This document shows positions 1 through 8,724 of a DNA stretch of 58,619 bases, piece after piece (within the stretch, counting starts at the first letter, position 1; the number at the start of each line of letters is the position of its first letter). Both the position numbers and the translations under genes were made by a program. The DNA is taken from positions 1 through 58,619 of IMG/VR virus record IMGVR_UViG_3300036900_000065. One strand, given 5' to 3'. The notes beneath the pieces are model-generated. The model was not told the origin of the DNA. It saw only the letters and a program-made list of their open reading frames with translations, and did not search any database. This DNA comes from a virus. Its lineage: Duplodnaviria; Caudoviricetes.

Positions 1-246
1 ACTTCGTCGTCTCGACCAGAGACATCGAGATGATCGAGAGCCTCGACCTTGTGATCGCAGGTGGGGACAAAGTGGTGGGGATCAACAAGATCGCCCACGA
101 TCAGATCGCATCGCACACCGAAATTCCCCGCGCCTATTACAACCGGATGCTCGCCGACGATCCGCGCCTCTTGGCGGCGAACGTCAATACATGGTTCCGC
201 AAGAACCCGGTCCCGCGCATGGTGCGCTGTCTCGACAACACCGCCC
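1..246. repeat. Terminal direct repeat, left copy (circular assembly overlap)
   Basis: 1-246 matches 58374-58619 except C119 vs T58492; the ORF reads through the junction. Confidence 0.95.
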
Positions 247-1016
247 GCGCTTTGCTCTCGGATCGCTATCGCCCGCTTGAGAATGAAGACCTCGCGGAGG
301 CGGTGCTGCCGCCGATCATGGAAATGGGCCTCGACGTGATGTCGAGCCAGATCACCGACCAGCGGCTCTACATCAAGGCGGTCGATCCCAAGGTGACGCG
401 CGAACTCGCGGCCATCGGCGGCAAGTTCGGGGATGGCGGGCACAACATCCTGCGGATGCTCGCGCCCGCGATCACGATCAGCAATTCGGAGGTCGGGCAG
501 GGCGCATTGGCGATCTTGGGCGGGGTCTATGACGGCTTCTGCTCCAACCTCGCCACCTTCGGCGAGCGCTCGACCCGCAAGTACCACGTCGGCTCGAAGC
601 ATGAGATCGCCGGGGAGGACACCTACGCCCTCCTGTCGGACGAGACGCGCCGCAAGAAAGATGTGGCGACATGGGCGGAGGTTGGCGACGTGGTGCGGGC
701 CGCCTTCGACCGCGCCCGCTTCGATAGCCTGTGCGAAAAAATCGAGGGCACGCAGAAGGACAAGATCGAGGGCGACCCCGTGCAGGTGGTGAAACTGACC
801 ACCTCGCGCTTCGGCCTGAACGAGAGCGCCGGGACTTCGATCCTCCGCCATCTGATCGAGGGCGGCGACCTGTCGCGTTTCGGATTGTACAACGCGATGA
901 CCCGCGCGGCGCAGGATGTCGAGGACTACGACGACGCGACCGCGATGGAGCGGCAGGGCGCGCAGATCATCGAACTGCCGAAGGCCGAGTGGAAGGCGCT
1001 GGCCGAAGCGGCCTGA
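1..1016 (+). CDS. DUF932-like phage protein, 3' part (true start at 58307 across the circular junction)
   Basis: ORF 30..1016 is in frame with MRTGLTLTQLAVEIERRAKAKDDF at 58307; motifs RALLSDRYRPLEN, ISNSEVGQG, CSN. Confidence 0.75.
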   Translation, partial: FVVSTRDIEMIESLDLVIAGGDKVVGINKIAHDQIASHTEIPRAYYNRMLADDPRLLAANVNTWFRKNPVPRMVRCLDNTARALLSDRYRPLENEDLAEAVLPPIMEMGLDVMSSQITDQRLYIKAVDPKVTRELAAIGGKFGDGGHNILRMLAPAITISNSEVGQGALAILGGVYDGFCSNLATFGERSTRKYHVGSKHEIAGEDTYALLSDETRRKKDVATWAEVGDVVRAAFDRARFDSLCEKIEGTQKDKIEGDPVQVVKLTTSRFGLNESAGTSILRHLIEGGDLSRFGLYNAMTRAAQDVEDYDDATAMERQGAQIIELPKAEWKALAEAA

Positions 1017-1022
1017 TCCGAA

Positions 1023-1103
1023 ATTGCCCGACCGGCGAACAGTGGCTTGCTCCAAGGTCGGGCGATGGGGGTGCGGGGATAGGGAGGCTCCGCACCCTTT
1101 TCT
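1023..1103 (+). ncRNA. Candidate anti-RBS small RNA / 3' UTR element (two stem-loops, the second terminator-like)
   Basis: 11-bp stem 1023-1033/1056-1066 with loop containing GGCTTGCTCC (1044-1053); second stem 1067-1078/1088-1099 followed by a T-rich tail; G-U pairs favour the + strand. Confidence 0.55.
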
Positions 1104-1160
1104 CTCCCCAATCAATCGGGGGAAGCAATCGCCCCGGAAAAATTTTCACAGGTGAGGCCG

Positions 1161-1373
1161 ATGCTTGACGAAAAACCACCGCATGTCGTGCGGCGATTGA
1201 ACATGCTGCGGGATCGCGCCCGCGCCCGCGCCACCGCCGACAGGACCGGCGCTTCCAATTCGGGCCGGATCATCGTCGCCTATTATCCGCGCTGCGCCCG
1301 CTATGGGTGGTGGGTCGATGGCGACCGCTGCACGATGGACCGCGCCGCCGCCGCCTTGATGGGTGAGCGATGA
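1161..1373 (+). CDS. Hypothetical protein
   Basis: ORF with GAGG upstream; stop overlaps the next start. Confidence 0.55.
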   Translation: MLDEKPPHVVRRLNMLRDRARARATADRTGASNSGRIIVAYYPRCARYGWWVDGDRCTMDRAAAALMGER

Positions 1374-1567
1374 GCGCGTTCGCCGTCTTTCTGCTCGCGC
1401 TGGCGTTCCTGTTCGTCATGCTGATCCGCTGGGCGTCACAGAGCATCCCGCGCGCCATCATCTTCGTCGCCCTTCTGTGCGCCTCGCCCTACGCGCTCGC
1501 TGTCGGCCTCGGGGTGCTGGCCGCAATCGAGGAAAGTCAACAGCACAAGGTGATGAGCAGGCGATGA
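1370..1567 (+). CDS. Small membrane protein
   Basis: Two hydrophobic segments; ATGA coupling on both sides. Confidence 0.6.
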   Translation: MSAFAVFLLALAFLFVMLIRWASQSIPRAIIFVALLCASPYALAVGLGVLAAIEESQQHKVMSRR

Positions 1568-2508
1568 AGATCATCAAGTGGAACGGGCAACCGATCAGCA
1601 AGGCGGGGTGGTATTCGGGCATCCCGCTTGAAGCCTATCATTCGGCGGGCGTCTGCGCGGGGCCTGCGGTGTCCTCGTCCGACCTGCGCACCTGCTGGTC
1701 GAAGTCCCCGGCGCACATGTACTCGAAGTGGGCCGAGAACCCGCGCCGCGAGGAGCAGGCGTCAACCCGCTCGATGGTGCTTGGCGGGGCCGCGCATCAC
1801 CTGTTTCTCGGCGAGGACGGCTTCAAGCTCAAGTTCATCGCCCAGCCGCCGACCTATCGCGACAAGGTGACGGCGGAGGAGAAGCCTTGGCACAACGGCG
1901 CAGGCTACTGCAAAAAGTGGAACGAGGGGCAGGCGGAGGCGGGCCGCATCATCGTCACCCTGAAGGAGCTCGACATCATCAAGCGCATGGCCGCGTCCCT
2001 GACCCTCGATCCGATGGTGCAGAACGGCATCTTGTACGGCGCGGTCGAATGCTCCGGGTTCTGGCAGGACAAGGAGACGGGCTTGTGGATCAAGGTGCGG
2101 CCCGATGTCATCCCGCCGACCGCAGGCGACTACGTGGACTTGAAGACGGCCTCGGAAGTCACCACCCCGGCGTTGCAGTACACGATCCGCTCATACGGCT
2201 ACCAGCAGCAGGGCGGCTTGGTGTGGGAGGCCGCCGAGACGCTGCGGCCCGACGTGCCCTTCGAGACATTCGTGCTGGTGTTCATCGAGACCGCGCCGCC
2301 CTATTGCGCCCGCTCGGTGCCGCTCGCAGCGGATGATCTGGCGCGGGGCCGCTTGATGAACCGCGCCATGCTGCGGCGGGTCAAGTCCTGCATCGAGGCG
2401 CGCCATTGGCCGGGGCCGGGAGAGGACGACCACAGCGAGATGCCGATCAGCAACGATGAGCGGGCGCGGATCGACGCCCGCCTCAAGGTCGAGGGGGTGC
2501 TGCAATGA
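1564..2508 (+). CDS. PD-(D/E)XK exonuclease, RecE/exonuclease VIII-like (DUF3799-like)
   Basis: YH..VSSSDL..SPAH, KVRPD, DLKT, YGYQQQ motifs; start MKIIKW at 1564. Confidence 0.85.
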   Translation: MKIIKWNGQPISKAGWYSGIPLEAYHSAGVCAGPAVSSSDLRTCWSKSPAHMYSKWAENPRREEQASTRSMVLGGAAHHLFLGEDGFKLKFIAQPPTYRDKVTAEEKPWHNGAGYCKKWNEGQAEAGRIIVTLKELDIIKRMAASLTLDPMVQNGILYGAVECSGFWQDKETGLWIKVRPDVIPPTAGDYVDLKTASEVTTPALQYTIRSYGYQQQGGLVWEAAETLRPDVPFETFVLVFIETAPPYCARSVPLAADDLARGRLMNRAMLRRVKSCIEARHWPGPGEDDHSEMPISNDERARIDARLKVEGVLQ

Positions 2509-3014
2509 GGGCGAAGCGGGGCGCGAACCCACGGCACTGGACGCCGCTGCAATTGCTGCCGCGCGAGCAGACCACCCGCCGCCCGGAGATCGTCGCCGAG
2601 ACGATGCGGCACTATGCCATCGGCGAGGACGAGGCGAAGGCGATGCTCGATCAGGAGGAGGCCAAGTGCCTCTTTTTCATCAACAATCTTTATCAGGTGT
2701 CGATGAGCCGCACGTTCGTCGATTGGTTCGGGGCTGAGAAGGACATCGTGCAACTCTGCATCCGCCGCCGCGACGGCGCGATGGTGTGGGATTGGCGGCA
2801 TTTCCAGCAGATCAAGAACGAACTGTGCGGCGAGGAATGCGAGGGCCTGCAATTGTTCCCCGCCGAGAGCCGCAAGGTCGATCAGGCGAACAAATGGCAC
2901 ATCTGGATCGTCGCGGACGGGACGCGAATGCCCTTCGGTTGGCGGGAGCGCGATGTGAAGGACGCGGACCCAGCCATGCAGCACGTCCCCGGATTGAGGC
3001 AGCGCCCGCTATGA
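2505..3014 (+). CDS. Conserved phage hypothetical protein
   Basis: WRHFQQIKNEL.G...EG.QLFPAESR.VD.AN.WHIW motif, common in phages; coupled to its neighbours. Confidence 0.75.
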   Translation: MRAKRGANPRHWTPLQLLPREQTTRRPEIVAETMRHYAIGEDEAKAMLDQEEAKCLFFINNLYQVSMSRTFVDWFGAEKDIVQLCIRRRDGAMVWDWRHFQQIKNELCGEECEGLQLFPAESRKVDQANKWHIWIVADGTRMPFGWRERDVKDADPAMQHVPGLRQRPL

Positions 3015-3388
3015 CCAAGCGCACCACCGCCGGGGACCGGTTCATCGGCAATCGCATCCGCGAGGCCCGCATCGCCAACGGGCAGTCGATGAAAGACCTC
3101 GCGGAACTGCTCGGCTGCTCATGGCAGCAGGTGCAGAAATACGAGGTCGGGTTCAATCGCGTGAACGGCGCGCGCTTCGATCTGCTCGTCACCGCGCTGC
3201 GCCGCCCGATGTCCTACTTTTTCCCCAACGCCACCGACGTTCGCTTCCATGCGGACCCCGCGCTCGACGCCATGATGGCGACCAAGGACGGGCAGGATTT
3301 GGCGCGGGCCTTTGCGCGCATCCCGGCGCAGCCAGACCGGCGGTTGGTGCGTGATCTCGCGATGCGTCTGGCGAAGGAGCGAGCGTGA
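3011..3388 (+). CDS. XRE-family helix-turn-helix regulator
   Basis: IGNRIREAR...SMKDLAELLGCSWQQVQKYEVGFNRV, typical alphaproteobacterial XRE. Confidence 0.9.
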   Translation: MTKRTTAGDRFIGNRIREARIANGQSMKDLAELLGCSWQQVQKYEVGFNRVNGARFDLLVTALRRPMSYFFPNATDVRFHADPALDAMMATKDGQDLARAFARIPAQPDRRLVRDLAMRLAKERA

Positions 3389-4410
3389 TGGTGAATGTGA
3401 ACGAAGTCGAACAGCGCACCGATCTGGTGAAGGCGTCGGCCATCGAAGTGGGGACGACCCTCGGCGGCGTCCTCGTATCCACGGTGGCCGATCTGGCGAA
3501 GATCAGCGATACGCTGTCGCGGGGCAAGATCGCGGTGCCCGCGCACTGCCGCAACGAGCCGGGGGTGTGCTTCGCCTTGGCGATGCAGGCGCTCGAATGG
3601 GGCCTGCCGATCATGTCGGTCATCACCAAGTCCTATCTGCCGCGCAATGCCGACCGCCTCGGATACGAGAGCCAGTTGATCCACGCGGTGATCGAGAAGA
3701 ACGCGCCGCTCAAGAACCGCCTGCGCTACGAGATCATCGGGGAGGGCGACGAGCGCCGCTGCAAGGTGTCGGGGACGTTCCGGGGCGAGGACAAGCCGCA
3801 TGAATACACCAGCGAGACGCTGGCGAAGATGCACCCCGGCCATGTCACCAAGACCATTGATGGCGAGCAGCGCAAGTTCGTGCGGGGATCGCAACTGTGG
3901 GACGACACCCCGGAGGTGCAGATGTTCTATTCGGCCTCGCGGACATGGGCGCGGCTGTTCGCCCCGGATGTGCTGCTCGGGGCCTACACGCCCGATGAGA
4001 TCGAGAAGATGGAGCCGGTCGATGTGACGCCGATCACGTCGCTGGCGAACCGATTGCGTGACGCCAAGATGGCGCACGCGGGTGAAGGCCGGGGGTTCGA
4101 CGCCGCGCATATCGCGCAGGCCGGGGCCTCGGTGATCGAAGGCGAGGCGCAAAGCCCTGCCGACAAGGAGGCGAGTGATGACGGAGAGCAGCGCGGTGTC
4201 GATGTCGCTGACGGTGACGGACGGGCAGCCCAGCCTGAAGATCGAGGCGATGACCCTCACGACGAGGGGCGAGGCGGACAGGCTGTCGGAGCAGGTGAAA
4301 CAGTACGGGGCGCACCTGCCGGTGCGGCTGTACGCGACGAAGGCCAAGCCGAAGGCGAAGGCCAGCAACCGGCCCGCCCCGCGCCCAAGCCTCGCCCGCG
4401 CCGCAAGTGA
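3385..4410 (+). CDS. recT: RecT-like single-strand annealing protein
   Basis: VPAHCR..PG.CFA.AMQA.EWG, LGYESQLIHAV, WARLFAPDVLLGAYTPDE; near the RecE-like gene. Confidence 0.8.
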   Translation: MMVNVNEVEQRTDLVKASAIEVGTTLGGVLVSTVADLAKISDTLSRGKIAVPAHCRNEPGVCFALAMQALEWGLPIMSVITKSYLPRNADRLGYESQLIHAVIEKNAPLKNRLRYEIIGEGDERRCKVSGTFRGEDKPHEYTSETLAKMHPGHVTKTIDGEQRKFVRGSQLWDDTPEVQMFYSASRTWARLFAPDVLLGAYTPDEIEKMEPVDVTPITSLANRLRDAKMAHAGEGRGFDAAHIAQAGASVIEGEAQSPADKEASDDGEQRGVDVADGDGRAAQPEDRGDDPHDEGRGGQAVGAGETVRGAPAGAAVRDEGQAEGEGQQPARPAPKPRPRRK

Positions 4411-4444
4411 AGGCGGTGCGACAACGGAGGCCGCGCGCGACTGA
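4178..4444 (+). CDS. Possible overprinted gene within the RecT C-terminal tail
   Basis: Perfect AAGGAGG at 4165-4171, ATG at 4178, open in the +1 frame. Confidence 0.45.
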   Translation: MTESSAVSMSLTVTDGQPSLKIEAMTLTTRGEADRLSEQVKQYGAHLPVRLYATKAKPKAKASNRPAPRPSLARAASEGGATTEAARD

Positions 4445-4730
4445 CCCCGCCTATCTCAAGTGGTTGCGGGCGCAGCGCTGCGCCTGCGGCTGCCTGCGGG
4501 GACCGCCATCGGACGCCGCGCATCTGCGCGCCTCATCGCCCGAATATGATAAGCCACTGACCGGCATGGGCGCGAAGCCAGACGATAAGTGGGCCTTGCC
4601 GCTCAACCACTGGTGCCATATGCGCCAGCACGCCCATTGGGGCGAACTGCAATGGTGGAAGGAGCGCGGCGTCGCCGACCCCTTCGCCCTCTGCATCGAG
4701 TACTATCAACGGTTTAAGGAGCATGGATGA
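4407..4730 (+). CDS. DUF968/HNH-like putative nuclease
   Basis: YLKWLRAQRCACGC...AAH...GMGAKPDD.WALPL..WCH..QH. Confidence 0.75.
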   Translation: MKAVRQRRPRATDPAYLKWLRAQRCACGCLRGPPSDAAHLRASSPEYDKPLTGMGAKPDDKWALPLNHWCHMRQHAHWGELQWWKERGVADPFALCIEYYQRFKEHG

Positions 4731-5014
4731 TGAACGAACAACCGCGACCGCCGACCGAGAGCTTGGAGCGGGAGATCGCCCGCGAGGCCGCGCTCGCCTA
4801 TATCCCGCCTCGCCCCGGCGTGAAGGAGGCGGACACCAAGACCTTCGCCAACCTTGCCGATGATGCGGCGACGGGGATCGCGGCGCTGCTATTGTCAACG
4901 GATCAGGCCGACAAGGCGTTGCGCCAGATCGAGGGCGCGGCGACGGCGATGCTCGAAAAGGCGGGGCTCGCCCGCAAGCTGATCGAAGCGGTTCGCGACA
5001 GCGCGCAAAAATGA
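4727..5014 (+). CDS. Hypothetical protein
   Basis: Coupled ORF with AGGAG RBS. Confidence 0.6.
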   Translation: MMNEQPRPPTESLEREIAREAALAYIPPRPGVKEADTKTFANLADDAATGIAALLLSTDQADKALRQIEGAATAMLEKAGLARKLIEAVRDSAQK

Positions 5015-5403
5015 CCACGCTCCGGGCGGTGCTGGTCGGCGCGGTCATCGCAGCGGTGATGATCGTCGCCGTCCGTCACCTCCCGGTCGAGGAGCAGAAG
5101 GCGCGGGCGGAACCGGCCATCAGCGAGCAGGCGCTGCGCGAGTACGGTCTGCGTCAGGCCGCCGTCGACGCCCTCAAGGCGAAGGTCGAGCCGCCGATGG
5201 TGCTGCCGACGCTGGAGCCATTCCAGCCCGCCCCGCCGCCGGTCGCTCCGCCGCCGCCGAAGATCGACCCGCCCGCGCCGCCGCCGACGACCATGGTGGC
5301 GATGAGGCCGGTGCAGCGATGGCCGGTCGAGCGTAGCCTCTGCTCGCGGTTCGGGATGCACAAGGTGCAGGTGGACAGGTGGCGATGGAGGTGCAAGCGA
5401 TGA
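5011..5403 (+). CDS. Membrane-anchored proline-rich protein
   Basis: N-terminal hydrophobic helix, poly-Pro linker, C-terminal C...WRWRC motif. Confidence 0.65.
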   Translation: MTTLRAVLVGAVIAAVMIVAVRHLPVEEQKARAEPAISEQALREYGLRQAAVDALKAKVEPPMVLPTLEPFQPAPPPVAPPPPKIDPPAPPPTTMVAMRPVQRWPVERSLCSRFGMHKVQVDRWRWRCKR

Positions 5404-5621
5404 TGCTGCCGCCCGACCTGCGACGGCTGCTCGACGGCTGCGGCCTGCCGTGGCGGATCGAGGAGGGCGCGCGGCATCGCAAGGTGATCGTGGATGGTCG
5501 GTTCATCTCGATCCTCCCCAAGTCGAACAGCAATCTGCGCAACGGGACGTGGCGAACGCACCGCAATTCGATGGCGCATATCCGACGAGGAATACGTGAA
5601 GTGATGGAGCAAGAACGATGA
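5400..5621 (+). CDS. Small basic protein, possibly HicA-like fold
   Basis: W.IEEG.RHRK...S...R...N....IRR pattern; coupled. Confidence 0.55.
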   Translation: MMLPPDLRRLLDGCGLPWRIEEGARHRKVIVDGRFISILPKSNSNLRNGTWRTHRNSMAHIRRGIREVMEQER

Positions 5622-5896
5622 GCAAGAAGCGATTGTCAAAGTCCACCTGCCTGCACTGCGTCTACTTCAAGGCGGCGAGACGCAAGTGGAAGGGCCGCAA
5701 GGAGCGCGGGGCCGCGCGGGTGGACCTGATCGTGAACGCGCTAAAGATTGTGCGCCACACCTTCACGGTGATGTCGGTGGAGGAGCAAACGCAATTCATC
5801 AAAGACATCAGCACGCCGCCGCCGTCTCTCGACACGGTGCTGGATGCGCTCAAGGAGGTCTTCGAGAAGGTCGGCGCAAAGGTGACGGAGCATTGA
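5618..5896 (+). CDS. Hypothetical protein (CxxC)
   Basis: GGAGCAAG RBS at 5606; coupled. Confidence 0.6.
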   Translation: MSKKRLSKSTCLHCVYFKAARRKWKGRKERGAARVDLIVNALKIVRHTFTVMSVEEQTQFIKDISTPPPSLDTVLDALKEVFEKVGAKVTEH

Positions 5897-5985
5897 CCGA
5901 TGAGAGACTTCGCGCCCCAGCCGGTGCCCGTGCGGCCTGCCTTGGGACGACTGCCCGCTGAAAGACTGGATAAGAGGAGCAAGCG

Positions 5986-6120
5986 ATGACGACATGGGAT
6001 TGGCTGGGAATTGCAGCCGGGGCGTTCGCCCTGATCTGCGTTTGCCTGCCCTGCAAATACGACCCCGCGATCCGGTGGAAGGAACGGCTCGAAGGCTGGC
6101 CAAAGCGAGATGACCGATGA
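5986..6120 (+). CDS. 44-aa membrane peptide (not in the ORF track)
   Basis: GGAGCAAGC at 5976; MTTWDWLGIAAGAFALICVCLPCKYDP...; stop overlaps the next ATG. Confidence 0.6.
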   Translation: MTTWDWLGIAAGAFALICVCLPCKYDPAIRWKERLEGWPKRDDR

Positions 6121-6344
6121 TCGGCGGGCTGATCGAGCGCTGGGCGCTCGCCTACCTCAAGCGCCGGGGCATGGTGGTGCTGCCGCGCGCCTTCGTCGGC
6201 ATGGCGCTGGGGTATTCGCAGGCGGTGAAGCTGGAGGGCGACAACGACATCAATGTCTACCGCGTCGAGGTGCCCGCCTTCGCCAAGCCGATCATCCTCA
6301 ACCATTCGATGTTGATTGATCGGTCCCGCGTAGGATCGCATTAG
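6117..6344 (+). CDS. Hypothetical protein, last gene of the left early block
   Basis: Coupled ORF; converges with the late transcript. Confidence 0.55.
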   Translation: MIGGLIERWALAYLKRRGMVVLPRAFVGMALGYSQAVKLEGDNDINVYRVEVPAFAKPIILNHSMLIDRSRVGSH

Positions 6345-6458
6345 CGGGCCACTGGCGGCCCTTCCGGCCCCGGAGGGCTGTACCCTACCCGCCGCAGGCC
6401 GGGAACCGGCCCCACGGCGGCGGAACGGGGCGGCAATCGACCGCCCCGCCCGATGGGA

Positions 6459-6998
6459 TTAGCGGCGCTGGGGCGTAGGCGTCGGGGCCGAACCGCCCGG
6501 AGCGATGGGATGCGACGGATGCGGCTGACCGGGAGGCAGGCCCTGATCCGGCCCGACCGGATAGGACTTGACCACCCAATCCTGCCCCGGCTTGTGCACC
6601 GCGACGACGACTTGGCTCTCCAATTCCGGCGGCAGCGGCGGGGCGGGCGGCTTGGGCCAGACCTCGGGCGGCACCGGCTGCCCGCCGGGAGGCAACCCCT
6701 GATCGGGATGGCCGGGGCTGGGCCAGATGCCCGGAGGCTGGCTGGGCAGCCCGTGGTCGGGATGGCCGGGATGGTAGATCGGCTGCGACGGATGGCCGCC
6801 GCCGGGAGGCAGGCCCTGATCGGGATAGCTCGGCGCGCCGCCCCAGATGCCCGGAGGGCGACCGCCCGGAGCGATGGGGTGGCCGGGGTGCGGCTGCGGG
6901 CCGGGGCCGCCGATGTCAACATAGGGAGGCGCGCCGCCCCAGATGCCGAGACCGCCGTCATCGAGCAATGTGATTATCGCGAACACGCTTCTTGGCAT
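6459..6998 (-). CDS. Pro/Gly/His-rich repeat protein
   Basis: GGGAGGA RBS; repeats PD(Q/H)GLP x4, GIW x3, HPIAPGG x2. Confidence 0.75.
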   Translation of the reverse strand: MPRSVFAIITLLDDGGLGIWGGAPPYVDIGGPGPQPHPGHPIAPGGRPPGIWGGAPSYPDQGLPPGGGHPSQPIYHPGHPDHGLPSQPPGIWPSPGHPDQGLPPGGQPVPPEVWPKPPAPPLPPELESQVVVAVHKPGQDWVVKSYPVGPDQGLPPGQPHPSHPIAPGGSAPTPTPQRR

Positions 6999-7063
6999 TC
7001 AATCCTCCCTTTCAAGGTAAGGCCCGCTTAATAGCACGGTTCCTGCAACGCGCCAGTGACCGT

Positions 7064-7513
7064 TCAGGCGAAGCCATGCCGCGCGCCCTTGGCGTCGATG
7101 GTCATCGCCTGATGGCGCGGCTGGTCGCTCAGGCCAAGATGAACCCAGCCGCGCGGCGGATATTCGTTGATGAGCTGGTCGACGCCCAGCGCCCGCATGT
7201 GCGGCTCAAGCGCCTTGCAGACATCGGGCGGCGCGCCAAAGTCGGGGCAGGCGAAGTCCACCGCGAGGCCGCGCATGTGCGCCGAGTTCTTGGAGCCGCC
7301 GACCGCCTCGTTGACCTTGGGGCCGCGATAGCCGGAAGTGACGAAGATCGGCCTGCCGCCCAGCAGGGCGCGGACCTCCTCCATGACCTCGGCCATGCGC
7401 TGCAGGTTCGCCCGTTCCGGGCTGCCGATCATCGGCACGTTGTCGATGCCGCGCCGCGCCGCCGTCTCGCTGGCGGTCAGTTCCTCAAGGGTGAAGTGTT
7501 CGGTCAGGTGCAT
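7064..7513 (-). CDS. Endolysin, peptidase M15 family
   Basis: LTEHFTLEEL, SGYR...N.AVGG...SAHMRGLAVD, WVHLG zinc-peptidase motifs. Confidence 0.9.
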   Translation of the reverse strand: MHLTEHFTLEELTASETAARRGIDNVPMIGSPERANLQRMAEVMEEVRALLGGRPIFVTSGYRGPKVNEAVGGSKNSAHMRGLAVDFACPDFGAPPDVCKALEPHMRALGVDQLINEYPPRGWVHLGLSDQPRHQAMTIDAKGARHGFA

Positions 7514-7569
7514 GGGTCGCCTCAGTGGCGGCAGGGGCCATGGGGGTTTTGACCCCTGCCCGCCAGCGC

Positions 7570-7686
7570 TCAGAACAGCCAGCGCACCAGACGCCACGCG
7601 AGGTACGCTATCAGGGCTGCCGCCAGAGCCATCGTGATCGCCTCCCGCCACGGGCGCCTGACCGGCGGAAAGTCGTTGTCATCCAT
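7570..7686 (-). CDS. 38-aa membrane protein, holin/antiholin candidate (not in the ORF track)
   Basis: MDDNDFPPVRRPWREAITMALAAALIAYLAWRLVRWLF; directly upstream of the endolysin. Confidence 0.5.
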   Translation of the reverse strand: MDDNDFPPVRRPWREAITMALAAALIAYLAWRLVRWLF

Positions 7687-7687
7687 C

Positions 7688-7852
7688 CTACTGCTCGTCG
7701 CGCATGATGAGATAGACGCCCCGCAACACCAGCGCGGACCCCGGCGCGAACAGCGCCAGCCAACCCGCGAAATTGTGGGTCAGCCGCCACAGGAGGAGCG
7801 CGAGCGCGAGCGCGATCAGCCCGTTGGCGATGAAGACGGATGCGCGCTCCAT
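7688..7852 (-). CDS. Two-TM small protein, holin candidate
   Basis: MERASVFIANGLIALALALLLWR...; lysis-region position. Confidence 0.5.
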   Translation of the reverse strand: MERASVFIANGLIALALALLLWRLTHNFAGWLALFAPGSALVLRGVYLIMRDEQ

Positions 7853-8631
7853 CGCCGACCCATCAGGCCCAAGAGGCCAAAGCCAACCAGCATCATCATC
7901 CATGTGCGCGGTTCAGGCACCGGCGGCCCCGCCAGCGTGTTGACGATGGCGGCGTTGGTCCACGACGTGTCGAACGCGGTCACGTTGAGCTTGCCGTTGC
8001 GGCCAATCGACAGGTCAACCGCCAAGGGGGCGATAATCGTGCCCTTGCTGAAGCTGCCGTTGACGGTGAGGAAGTCGGCATCGCTGTCGAACCCGCCTCC
8101 CGGCACGTTGAACAAGGCGTCCTCGACTTGGAAGGTGGTCGGCAGGGCCAATCCCAGCGCCGCATATTCGGCGGCGAAATTGGCGAAGCTGACGCTGGCG
8201 TCGCCAAGCCCGATCTGCTTGCCGAAGTCCTGCCCGGACGCGATGGTCACGTTCACGCCGTCGAACAGGCCGTTGGCGGCGTCGAACTTCTGCGCCGTCG
8301 CCGTCAGGGTCGGGCCGATGGTGAACGCGCCAAGCGGGCCGATCCCGGTCGCGCCCGTGATCGTCGGCAGGACCGCGCCCAAGGGCTGAATGAAATAGAC
8401 GCGGATCGGATCGTCAATCGAGTGGTTGCCAACCTCGGTGATGGTGAAGGTGTCCGCGTCGTTGAGCAGCACCGGATCGCTGCCGGTCGCCGTTGGGCTG
8501 GTGACATGAAACGAGGTCGGATCGCAAATCGTCGTCCCGGTCGCCGGGTCGGTGGCGCAGGCGGTCTGCGCCTTGGCCGCCATTGGCGTCAGCCACAAGG
8601 CGGCGAGGATGAGTTTGGTCAAAAGGTTCAT
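7816..8631 (-). CDS. PEP-CTERM (PEPxxWA type) exported protein 1
   Basis: Signal peptide MNLLTKLILAALWLTPMAAKA; C-terminus VPEPRTWMMMLVGFGLLGLMGRR. Confidence 0.9.
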   Translation of the reverse strand: MNLLTKLILAALWLTPMAAKAQTACATDPATGTTICDPTSFHVTSPTATGSDPVLLNDADTFTITEVGNHSIDDPIRVYFIQPLGAVLPTITGATGIGPLGAFTIGPTLTATAQKFDAANGLFDGVNVTIASGQDFGKQIGLGDASVSFANFAAEYAALGLALPTTFQVEDALFNVPGGGFDSDADFLTVNGSFSKGTIIAPLAVDLSIGRNGKLNVTAFDTSWTNAAIVNTLAGPPVPEPRTWMMMLVGFGLLGLMGRRWSAHPSSSPTG

Positions 8632-8724
8632 TTGTTCTTGCCCGCAAATTGTGGGGAGGGGGCGCGTGCGTCCGACCCCCTCCCTCCGCATTCGCCAAGA
8701 GGGACGCCTTGGCTCCTGCGATCC

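Noticed and set aside
1-246. Terminal repeat as a biological direct terminal repeat
   Set aside because: It falls mid-gene and the terminase is lambda GpA-type; best explained as circular assembly overlap
5400-5621. HicAB toxin-antitoxin pair
   Set aside because: Only a weak HicA-like pattern and no recognisable HicB neighbour
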